Assembly (NCBI GenBank): GCA_965220505.1
Contig: CBDCQE010000003.1
Coordinates: 890,106-954,105, forward strand
Length of the DNA stretch: 64,000 nucleotides
Direction: 5' to 3'
Source of the DNA: Dehalococcoidia bacterium
Lineage (GTDB): Bacteria > Chloroflexota > Dehalococcoidia > Lucifugimonadales > UBA3495
Positions 9,096 through 16,817 of this stretch are shown piece after piece. The notes beneath the pieces are model-generated. The model ran no database searches. It worked only from the letters and a program-made list of their open reading frames with translations, and was not told the origin of the DNA. The position numbers and the translations under genes are program-made. How positions within the stretch are numbered: position 1 is the stretch's first letter; each line of letters starts with the position of its first letter.

Positions 9096-10229
9096 TTACA
9101 GCGCCCGCAGCAGCTCCTGGTAGTTCTCCCGTCCCGTCCGTCGCAGGCGGAGTTCTTCCGTAATCTCCAGGTCACCGGAGTCTTCCAGCAGTTCCACGTG
9201 GGCGACCACTTCCGTCAGCGCCGCGAAGAAGTTTCCGCCCTCCAGCTTGCGTCGCTCAAAGGTCCGGCGGGTCACGTCCTCCAGGGGTTGCGGTTCCGGC
9301 CCGGCCGTTACCAGAATGCGGCCCAATCGCCGGGCGTGGAACCGGATCAGGTCCGCCGCCCGCTGCGCCGTCTGGAAGTTGAACTTGTGGTTGTTGTAGA
9401 GACGGTGCGCCGGCAGGATGGCCACCTCGGTGCCCAGATCAGCCACCCGCTGCAGTGAGCGCAGGTAGGTCAGCAAGCCGTAGGAGTCGTCGGGGTCCTG
9501 GTAGTGGACAGGCAGGTTGCGGCGCACCTCACCGGTGTAGTCGGTTTTCATGGTGGGATGCGGACTGATCTCGGGCAGCACGTGGTCGCCGGTGAAAACG
9601 ATGTCGCTGCCGGTTCCGTTGCCGATGACGGCGCAGATTTCGTCGGGCGAGTGCCCGGGGGCGTGCATATAGGTCAGCATGCCCTGTTGTTCGCCGTGGG
9701 TGATCGCGTGCCCGACGTGGTGCGTACGGCGCGAAGCCATGTACCGTTGCCGCTCCTCGGAATCCGAGTGTGTGAAACCATTGGCTCGCGCTGTGGTCCA
9801 CATCGCCTCTTTGATGGGAGAGTTGGTCGCCATTTGCAGGTCCCGAGGATCAAAGGGCAACAACGGTTGGTAAATGTCGTGCGCCCATAGCTCCGCACCG
9901 GACTGCTCGATGACACGCGCCACTCCGCCGTCATGGTCGGCGTGGCCGTGGGTGATGATCACCCGGTCGATGTCCCGCACTTCCAGCCCGCCCAGGGCCA
10001 TACCCGTTCGCAGGAGGTCGAAGGATGCTTCGGCCCCGGGATCGATGAGCGTCAGTCCTTCGTTCTCGAAGATGTACGCCCACGTCGGCCCGGTATGGGA
10101 ATGCCCTTCCTGCGGCACGGCGACGGTGTGAATGATTCGCCCGTACCCATCGGTCAGCCGCAGGGTCATACCGTTGCCGGCGGAGTCGCCGTTACGGAGG
10201 ACATCGATCTCGGTGAAGTAGTCGGGCAT
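9096..10229 (-). CDS. MBL-fold metallo-hydrolase
   Basis: ITHGHADHDGG (HxHxDH) motif. Confidence 0.85.
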   Translation of the reverse strand: MPDYFTEIDVLRNGDSAGNGMTLRLTDGYGRIIHTVAVPQEGHSHTGPTWAYIFENEGLTLIDPGAEASFDLLRTGMALGGLEVRDIDRVIITHGHADHDGGVARVIEQSGAELWAHDIYQPLLPFDPRDLQMATNSPIKEAMWTTARANGFTHSDSEERQRYMASRRTHHVGHAITHGEQQGMLTYMHAPGHSPDEICAVIGNGTGSDIVFTGDHVLPEISPHPTMKTDYTGEVRRNLPVHYQDPDDSYGLLTYLRSLQRVADLGTEVAILPAHRLYNNHKFNFQTAQRAADLIRFHARRLGRILVTAGPEPQPLEDVTRRTFERRKLEGGNFFAALTEVVAHVELLEDSGDLEITEELRLRRTGRENYQELLRAL

Positions 10230-10333
10230 TTGGGGGTCCCTCCTGGCGCGGAAGCGACAATAGTATTCGATACTATACGGCGCGCATTATAACCGCTTGG
10301 CGGGCGCCCGCGGCGGAGTTTCGTTTCAGGTGG

Positions 10334-10370
10334 TTTGTTTGCACGGATGCACAGGATGGACGGGATTTTT
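10334..10370 (+). repeat. CAGGATGG-module intergenic repeat, copy d
   Basis: tttgtttgcacggatgcacaggatggacgggattttt. Confidence 0.8.
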
Positions 10371-10396
10371 GGATGTAAGGGATACCTGGATACCGG

Positions 10397-10474
10397 CCCC
10401 GTATCAAGTACGGGGTGACCCCGCATCGGGGTGCGGGGCAGGCTGTTCTTTCGCCGGTATGACGAGAATAAACC
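10397..10474. repeat. composite of two GC hairpins plus a REP half-site
   Basis: Hairpins ccccgtatcaagtacgggg (10397-10415) and ccccgcatcggggtgcgggg (10419-10438). Then ctttcgccggtatgacgagaataaacc (10448-10474), which matches the tail at 11921-11950. Confidence 0.7.
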
Positions 10475-10531
10475 ATTGAATTGCAGCGCTATCGCGGTCC
10501 GCAACTCCGCGTCGGAAAAGGTGGTTGCCCC

Positions 10532-10540
10532 TGCTATAAT
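10532..10540 (+). promoter_or_regulatory. extended -10 promoter candidate TGCTATAAT
   Basis: Exact 9-mer 45 nt upstream of the SDR start at 10585, which has an AGGAGG RBS. Confidence 0.45.
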
Positions 10541-10584
10541 GCCGGCGTCCGACAGTCAAGACGTCGAAGGCAGGAGGTTGCACG

Positions 10585-11355
10585 ATGCGATTGGAAGGCA
10601 AGGTGGCGCTGATCAGCGGAGCAGCCAGCGGGGTGGATGGTGAGTTGATGGGCTTTGGCGGAGCCGCGGCCCGAATGTTTTGCCGGGAGGGCGCCAGGGT
10701 CGTGCTGGGCGACATCAATACGGAGGGCGGCGAGCGCACCGCCGAGCAGATCCGCGCCGCCGGCGGCGATGCCATATTCGTGAAGCTCGACGTAACCCAG
10801 GAGCAGGACTGGATCGACGCCGTTGCCGCCACCGTGTCCGCCTACGGGACCCTGAACGTCCTGGTGAACAACGCCGGTTCCGGCGCCCGCTACACGGTTG
10901 AGGAAACGACCGAAGAGGCATGGGACGGCCAGATCGACGTCCACGGCAAGGGCACCTTCCTCGGAACCAAGCACGCCATCCCCGAGATGCTCAAGGCCGG
11001 CGGTGGTTCCATCGTGAATATTTCCTCAATCTACGGCCTGGTGGGAAGCCCCACGTCTACGGCATACCACGCCGGCAAGGGCGCGATCCGTCTGTTGACC
11101 AAGTCCACGGCCATGCAGTACGCCGCCGACAACATCCGCGCGAATTCCATCCACCCCGGCTATTGCCGCACACCGTTGACCGCTCGAAGCTACGAGAACG
11201 AACGGCACTTCACCTGGATCAACGAGCAGATCCCCATGGGAAGGGTCGGCATTGCCGACGACATCGCGTATGGCATCGTCTTCCTGGCGTCAGACGAGTC
11301 CTCCTTCATGACCGGTTCGGAATTGGTCATCGACGGCGGCACCACCGCACAGTAG
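10585..11355 (+). CDS. SDR family oxidoreductase
   Basis: Motifs ISGAASGVDG, NNAG and YHAGK. Confidence 0.9.
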   Translation: MRLEGKVALISGAASGVDGELMGFGGAAARMFCREGARVVLGDINTEGGERTAEQIRAAGGDAIFVKLDVTQEQDWIDAVAATVSAYGTLNVLVNNAGSGARYTVEETTEEAWDGQIDVHGKGTFLGTKHAIPEMLKAGGGSIVNISSIYGLVGSPTSTAYHAGKGAIRLLTKSTAMQYAADNIRANSIHPGYCRTPLTARSYENERHFTWINEQIPMGRVGIADDIAYGIVFLASDESSFMTGSELVIDGGTTAQ

Positions 11356-11386
11356 GCCATTTCTAGACCGGGAAGGAGCATGGCCA

Positions 11387-11857
11387 ATGGCGGTATCCAA
11401 GGACCGGGTGCTGTTCAAAGAGCACGGCGTGCTCGTTACCTACGAGCGGTTCATCGAACCGGAGGGTAAGGAGTACCGGATCGAGGACATCCTCGCGGTC
11501 GACATGGAGATCGTCGAGGAGGAATCGGACCGGCCGCCCATCCGATGGTGGCGCACCGTGGGCAGTGGGGGAATCATCGGGTTTGCCGTGGCTGCCGTGG
11601 GTGGCTTCGCCGGCGCATGGCTGACCATGGGGATCTTGGTCGTGCTGATGGCGGTGGCGGTGACCTGGTGGAGCAACCGCATCCGGTCCAACAAGTTCAA
11701 GGTCTACCACGTCATCGTGACCCTGCCCACCCAGCGGGAGGACCGGCAGGAACACCGCATCATATCGTCTACCAGCCGTTTTTTCAGCGAACGACTGAAG
11801 GTGGCCCTGGAACGGGCGATGGTGGAGCGGCCGGCGCGGTTTGAAGGGAAAGGGTAG
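11387..11857 (+). CDS. hypothetical membrane protein
   Basis: 156 aa with two central TM helices (GGIIGFAVAAVGGFAGAWLTMGILVVLMAVAV). Confidence 0.6.
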   Translation: MAVSKDRVLFKEHGVLVTYERFIEPEGKEYRIEDILAVDMEIVEEESDRPPIRWWRTVGSGGIIGFAVAAVGGFAGAWLTMGILVVLMAVAVTWWSNRIRSNKFKVYHVIVTLPTQREDRQEHRIISSTSRFFSERLKVALERAMVERPARFEGKG

Positions 11858-11874
11858 CATCCCGTTTTAGGCAG

Positions 11875-11908
11875 TTTCTTTGCATGGATGGACAGGATGC
11901 AAGGGATT
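11875..11908 (+). repeat. CAGGATGG-module intergenic repeat, copy e
   Basis: tttctttgcatggatggacaggatgcaagggatt. Confidence 0.8.
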
Positions 11909-11911
11909 ATT

Positions 11912-11950
11912 GGATTCCGGCTTTCGCCGGAATGACGAGAAGAATAAACC
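11912..11950. repeat. REP-like hairpin plus conserved tail
   Basis: ggattccggctttcgccggaatgac is identical to 4207-4231. The tail gagaagaataaacc matches 10461-10474. Confidence 0.8.
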
Positions 11951-11965
11951 ACCTACACTGGAACG

Positions 11966-12943
11966 CTACCCCTCGCTGACGTCGATGACCACCTTGCCGA
12001 CGGTGGCCGCGCGCACTGCCTCGTGGGCTCCGGCGGTGTCTTCCAGTGGGAAGTGAGGGCCGTCCATTCCCACCAGATCCCCGGATGCCAGCCAGCGGTT
12101 AGTGTCTTCGACTCCAGCGGTCTTGGCCTCTTCGGACATGTCGTACACCAGCACGTGCCGCACGTTCACGTTACTGACCGGGAATTCGAACGGCGGCGCT
12201 GGTCCGTCTCCGGCGGCGTAGATGGCGATGCTGCCGCCCCGCTTGATGATCCGTTGGCTCACCGCGAAGTTGCCGGAGTAGTCCACCTCGACGATCAGGT
12301 CGACGCCCTCACCGTTGGTGATTTCCAGGATCCGCGCGGCGGTGTCCTCGGTGCGGTAGTTGACGGTGTGCTGCGCGCCGGCCTGGCGAGCGATCTCTGC
12401 CTTGGCATCGCCGCTCACCGTGCTGATGATCGTGTCGGCGCCGCCTATTCTCGCCATCTGCAGCGCCATGTTGCCCACCGCTCCGGCGCCTCCGGGAACC
12501 AGGATGGTCTTGCCGTCCAACGGCCCGTCGGCGAACACGCAGCGGTGCGCGGTGAGGGCGGGCACACCCAGGCCGGCCGCAAGGGAGAAGTCGACGTTAT
12601 CGGGCATCCGGACGGCCCGGTTCGACGGCTGCACCGTGTACTCCGCAGCGGTTCCGAAAGCCCTTCCGAACTGAGACTGGTAGAGCCAAACCCGCTCGCC
12701 TAACCGGCTTTCCGGCACCCCTTCGCCTACCAGGTCGATGACGCCGCCGCCGTCCTGGTTGGGGATAATGCGTGGGTGGCTGATCCGAGCGGTCGTGCCC
12801 TGCCGCCGTTTCCAGTCCGACGGGTTTACCCCGGACGTGACCACCCGAACCCGCACCTCGCCGGGCCCCGGCTCCGGATCGGGCATCTCGCCAACCTGCA
12901 GCACCGAGGCGTCTCCATTTTCCTCATACCAGACTGCGCGCAT
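11966..12943 (-). CDS. NADPH:quinone oxidoreductase / zinc-type MDR dehydrogenase
   Basis: MDR N-terminus (GEVRVRVVTSGVNPSD) and a GGAGAVG Rossmann motif. Confidence 0.85.
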   Translation of the reverse strand: MRAVWYEENGDASVLQVGEMPDPEPGPGEVRVRVVTSGVNPSDWKRRQGTTARISHPRIIPNQDGGGVIDLVGEGVPESRLGERVWLYQSQFGRAFGTAAEYTVQPSNRAVRMPDNVDFSLAAGLGVPALTAHRCVFADGPLDGKTILVPGGAGAVGNMALQMARIGGADTIISTVSGDAKAEIARQAGAQHTVNYRTEDTAARILEITNGEGVDLIVEVDYSGNFAVSQRIIKRGGSIAIYAAGDGPAPPFEFPVSNVNVRHVLVYDMSEEAKTAGVEDTNRWLASGDLVGMDGPHFPLEDTAGAHEAVRAATVGKVVIDVSEG

Positions 12944-13019
12944 TTCAATACCTCCTGGGCCGGCGCGGAAGAACCCCCGGCCAGACGACGTCCTGGGTCA
13001 GTTGGTCAGTTGTTTCCGC

Positions 13020-14483
13020 TCAGCGCCGTCGCCGCCGGGTTGCACCCAAAGCCAGCAGCCCCAGCGGCCCGGCAAGCAGCGCGGCCGACGCCAGTTCCGT
13101 GGGAAGATTCCCGCTTGTTGGTCCTGGAGGCGGAGCGCCGCAGCCGCCACCGGATGGCGCTGCCGGCGGCGCTGCGGTGGCGGGAGCCGGCATGGGCGTG
13201 TACGTGGGGGCCGGCTCGTTGTTGGGCATTGGCGTAGCAGTCGGCGCCGCCGTTGCCTGAGGCGCCGGGACCTGCTGGGTCGATCCCGCCGGCGTCGGTG
13301 TCGGGCGACGGGTGGGTATTGCCTGGAAAGCCGGCAACACCGGCGTGGACAATTCGCGTGGGGAAAGCCCCAGCGATTCTCGCCATTCGTTGTCCAGTTC
13401 CACGATGGTGAGCCCGTAGGCCGCTTCCAACGACTTTTCGAAGTTGTGCATGGTACGTATGGCAGCAAACAGACGAGTCATTTTCTCCGTGCCGTAAGTG
13501 TCGAGCATGTACGTCACCACGGAGTGGCCCAAGCCGTAGTTGCGCAGCGTTTCCTCAGGCGTGCCGGCGTAGGTGCGCAGGCTGGCGAGCGGCGGCACGG
13601 CGTCGTTCCGTATGGCAGTGTTCACGTAGAAGCCGAACTCCGTGTTGCCGCCTTCCGAATACACGGCCAGACCTTCGTTCAACCACGTATGCACCTGGCC
13701 GTAGGCGGTTCCCGCAGCGTCGGCCACCAGCAGATGGGTAAATTCGTGCGCGGTGGTGCTCAGTATATTATCGCCGACAAACACGTCGGTCGAACCGTCT
13801 ACCAATAGCGTTCGCTCGGTCGTAAAAGCCTGCCCCAGGGTGCGCAGTTGTCGCGCGGCCACCCGAGACTTGGGCGGCATGGCCGCGCGCATGTCGGCGT
13901 AATCTGAATAGACCACCAGGTTCATGGGCTCGGTCAACTCCACGCCCAGTATCGGTCCCATGTGGGCATAGGTGTCGGCTGCGACCTCCAAGACCTGGTT
14001 GGCCCGTTCCTCTGATTGACTTGTATGATGGTAGTAGTAGACGTTGATCAGGCCGTCGGAGACCGAATCCCAGTCCAGACCGCGGTTCAGGTACACCAGG
14101 ACCTGGGGTTCCGTTTCCAGCCGTTGGCCATCGGCGGTGCGGATGTCAAAATAGTACGACAACCGCGTTCCCGTGGGGATGAACTCGTTGGACGTCTTGC
14201 TCTGGAACAGCGCTTCGCCGGAGATGCGCTCACCCGGCTCGAACTCTACGGTGCGATAAACGCTGCGGCTGGATTGCCCCAACTTGCGAACGTAAACCCG
14301 GATCTCCTCGATTGGACTGGAACTCTGTGCTTCCAAGTGGAAACGCAATCCGTCAGGAAACTGGTTCTCAACGCCCTGTTCGGTGACGGTGATCGCCTGC
14401 TGGGCATCGGCGCCTCTCGCCTCGAAAGCGAATGAACCGACAATAATGAGCAGGATGGCGATTGCGGCGACCCATTTCGTCAT
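13020..14483 (-). CDS. secreted peptidase MA-like metalloprotease with a Pro/Thr-rich linker and a C-terminal sorting-signal-like tail
   Basis: Signal/TM at the MTKWVAAIAILLIIVGSFA start (ATG 14483). HEFTH ... NEGLAVYSE gluzincin motifs. The tail is LPTELASAALLAGPLGLLALGATRRRRR. Confidence 0.75.
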   Translation of the reverse strand: MTKWVAAIAILLIIVGSFAFEARGADAQQAITVTEQGVENQFPDGLRFHLEAQSSSPIEEIRVYVRKLGQSSRSVYRTVEFEPGERISGEALFQSKTSNEFIPTGTRLSYYFDIRTADGQRLETEPQVLVYLNRGLDWDSVSDGLINVYYYHHTSQSEERANQVLEVAADTYAHMGPILGVELTEPMNLVVYSDYADMRAAMPPKSRVAARQLRTLGQAFTTERTLLVDGSTDVFVGDNILSTTAHEFTHLLVADAAGTAYGQVHTWLNEGLAVYSEGGNTEFGFYVNTAIRNDAVPPLASLRTYAGTPEETLRNYGLGHSVVTYMLDTYGTEKMTRLFAAIRTMHNFEKSLEAAYGLTIVELDNEWRESLGLSPRELSTPVLPAFQAIPTRRPTPTPAGSTQQVPAPQATAAPTATPMPNNEPAPTYTPMPAPATAAPPAAPSGGGCGAPPPGPTSGNLPTELASAALLAGPLGLLALGATRRRRR

Positions 14484-14624
14484 GGTGGCAACCTCTAAGC
14501 TTGGTTTTCCATACCGCATACGCCCTGCCTCGCCGTTGGGATTGCCCTCCCCGTTCGAGCCACGCCGACTACACGGGGCCGGTCTTACCCGCACCGGGAT
14601 GCGCCCGAACTCGCGACGCTGCGA

Positions 14625-15470
14625 TCAGGCCGGGATGTTGAGCGCGCGACGGGCGTTTTCCAGCAGCACCTTGGGTATCACGTGGTCCCGCATTTGCAGG
14701 TTCTGGAAATCTGCCAGCCAGTTGTCCGGTTGTATGAAGGGGTAGTCGGAACCGAACATCACCTTGTCCTGCAACCGCGTATTGGTCTCCCGGATCAGCG
14801 TTTCCGGTATGAACCGTGGCATCCAGCCGGACAGGTCCAGGAAGACGTTGGACTTGTGCAGCGCAACGGCGATCTGTTCGTCGATCCAGGGCCAGGCGGG
14901 ATGGGCCATGATGATGGTCATATTCGGGAAGTCGGCCGCCACGTCGTCGAAGCAAGGTATGGGTTGGCTGTATTTCAGCTTGAGGCCGCTGCCGCCCGGG
15001 GTCCCCGAGCCGGCTCCGGCGAACCCGGAGTGGAACAGAACCGGAATGCCCAGATTGTCGGCCACCTCGTACAACGGGTAGAACTTCGTGTCGTTGGGGA
15101 AAAAGGCCTGATGAATGGGGTGCAGTTTCAAACCTTTCAGGCCCAGTTCCTTCACCGACCGCTCCAGCTCGTAGCACGCGGCCTTGCCCAACCAGGGGTC
15201 CACCGAAGCGAACCCCATGAACTGTTCGGGATGTGCCTTGACGATGCTGGCCACCCAGTCATTACTATCGGGTTTCTCGCCGGTGTTGGTGGTGGTGTCC
15301 ACCGAGAAAATGACGCCGAACAGGTCCAGTTCGCGGAATTTATCGGCCATTTCTGCGGGATTGCTGGGCGGTGGCGGTGCCCGGAAGTAACGCAGCAACT
15401 CCGCCTCAATCTCGATCTCGGGCAACCCCGGCTCACGGGGCACGTGGATGTGCATGTCGATGGCTTGCAT
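14625..15470 (-). CDS. amidohydrolase-2 family (ACMSD-like) metal-dependent hydrolase
   Basis: MQAIDMHIHV start with a GGAGAA RBS (alternative ATG at 15485). Conserved H/D pattern (LHPIHQ, FHSG, FGSDYP). Confidence 0.8.
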   Translation of the reverse strand: MQAIDMHIHVPREPGLPEIEIEAELLRYFRAPPPPSNPAEMADKFRELDLFGVIFSVDTTTNTGEKPDSNDWVASIVKAHPEQFMGFASVDPWLGKAACYELERSVKELGLKGLKLHPIHQAFFPNDTKFYPLYEVADNLGIPVLFHSGFAGAGSGTPGGSGLKLKYSQPIPCFDDVAADFPNMTIIMAHPAWPWIDEQIAVALHKSNVFLDLSGWMPRFIPETLIRETNTRLQDKVMFGSDYPFIQPDNWLADFQNLQMRDHVIPKVLLENARRALNIPA

Positions 15471-15555
15471 CAGATGGTTCTCCATCAGAGGGGGGCGATT
15501 GCCAGGTTGATTGAGCTGTGATTTTATACGCAGAAAATAGGGAGGTTGCAAAGCG

Positions 15556-15858
15556 TTGGATGCGGAAAGTGAACGCAGATACCAGGAATTGTTGAAGGCA
15601 ATCAGCTTAATCCATCGGCACGTCCATGCGGATGGCAGCCCGGCAGTCGTATCATTGTCCGACGACCGTCGTCCAGTGGTATCCGAGAACCGCGCTGACC
15701 GGCGGTTTAGAGAAATGGAAGAGGCCAACGAGCGGCGGCATCAGGAGTTGCTGAAGGCGATCGCTCTGCTCTACCATCACGTCCACGACGATGATGGCAA
15801 GGCCATCATTCCCCTGCCGGACATTGAACCGGTCGCGCCGGCTCCCGCTGACGACTGA
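15556..15858 (+). CDS. small hypothetical protein with an internal His-rich duplication
   Basis: TTG start. ERRYQELLKAISLIHRHVHADG and ERRHQELLKAIALLYHHVHDDDG lie about 50 aa apart. Confidence 0.5.
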   Translation: MDAESERRYQELLKAISLIHRHVHADGSPAVVSLSDDRRPVVSENRADRRFREMEEANERRHQELLKAIALLYHHVHDDDGKAIIPLPDIEPVAPAPADD

Positions 15859-15870
15859 GGCCCAAGCATA

Positions 15871-16200
15871 TTATTTCGCCGGTAGGGTAGCGGCGAACTC
15901 GGTGCCTCGTCCTACCCACTGGCTCAAGCCGGAGTCTGACTCCAACCCTGCTAGCTGCACCAGCACCCAACCGCGCATCGGCCGGCCGGTCATGTCCATT
16001 ACGCCAGCGTGGGGCCGGGCCAACGCTTCCTCGTAGCCCTCCGGTCCCACTCGTACCATCAAACCCTTGTCGGTCACGCAGCAGCACATATTGCCGGACA
16101 GCATGAATGCCAGCCCGCCGAACATCTTGCGCTCGGCAATATCAGGGTATCCGGAAAGAATTTCCTTGACCCGGGCGGCCAGCGCTTCGTCGTAGGCCAT
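15871..16200 (-). CDS. TfoX N-terminal domain protein
   Basis: 109 aa. KMFGGLAFMLSGNMCCCV motif typical of the TfoX_N family. Confidence 0.75.
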   Translation of the reverse strand: MAYDEALAARVKEILSGYPDIAERKMFGGLAFMLSGNMCCCVTDKGLMVRVGPEGYEEALARPHAGVMDMTGRPMRGWVLVQLAGLESDSGLSQWVGRGTEFAATLPAK

Positions 16201-16212
16201 GGCCGCTTCCGG

Positions 16213-16815
16213 CTAGGGTTGCCGGCCCATGTAGCCGATCATCTTATCCTGCGTGCTGGCGGAATCAGGCACGGCGATCGCGGCTCCGACGAAGCCGGCC
16301 TGCCGTCCCATATCGGCAAAGCCGCCGGACACTAGCATCCCATATGCGAACTCCACCATCTCGCTGTCGAGGGTACTGTCCTGGCCGGTGGCCTGGGCCA
16401 GGTCCCAACAATGGACGAGTTGATCCAGCACGGTGCCCATCATAACGCGCGCCACCGGCATCTCGCCGAAGGGAGTCATTGCCGTTCGCTCCAGGGCATC
16501 GGGACTGGCGGCAAGTTCCAGCGCGCGGTCAACCGCGGCGTGGTAGGCGCGGATCAGGACGGCAACGTCCGTTTCGCCTTGATAGCTGCTCTCGGCCTCG
16601 TTGGGGCGAATGTCGGGCACGTTGCCGGTGATGCAGCCGGCGGTGAACTCCAGCCCACCGATGAGGTGGTTGAACAAGTCCAGCACGCTCCACTGGGAGC
16701 ACGGCGTCGCGTCCGTAGCCTGAGCCTGGGTTACGCCGCTGGCCACTTCTTTGGTGCGACGGGTAACCCGTTCCAGCTGGGCCACCGGGTCAGGCGTTGG
16801 CGCTTCGGTAGTCAT
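16213..16815 (-). CDS. DinB/TIGR03086-like metal-binding protein (mycothiol-maleylpyruvate-isomerase N-terminal-like)
   Basis: Start ATG 16815 is 2 nt after the aprA-like stop. PCSQWSVLDLFNHLIGG motif. Confidence 0.7.
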   Translation of the reverse strand: MTTEAPTPDPVAQLERVTRRTKEVASGVTQAQATDATPCSQWSVLDLFNHLIGGLEFTAGCITGNVPDIRPNEAESSYQGETDVAVLIRAYHAAVDRALELAASPDALERTAMTPFGEMPVARVMMGTVLDQLVHCWDLAQATGQDSTLDSEMVEFAYGMLVSGGFADMGRQAGFVGAAIAVPDSASTQDKMIGYMGRQP

Positions 16816-16817
16816 AC

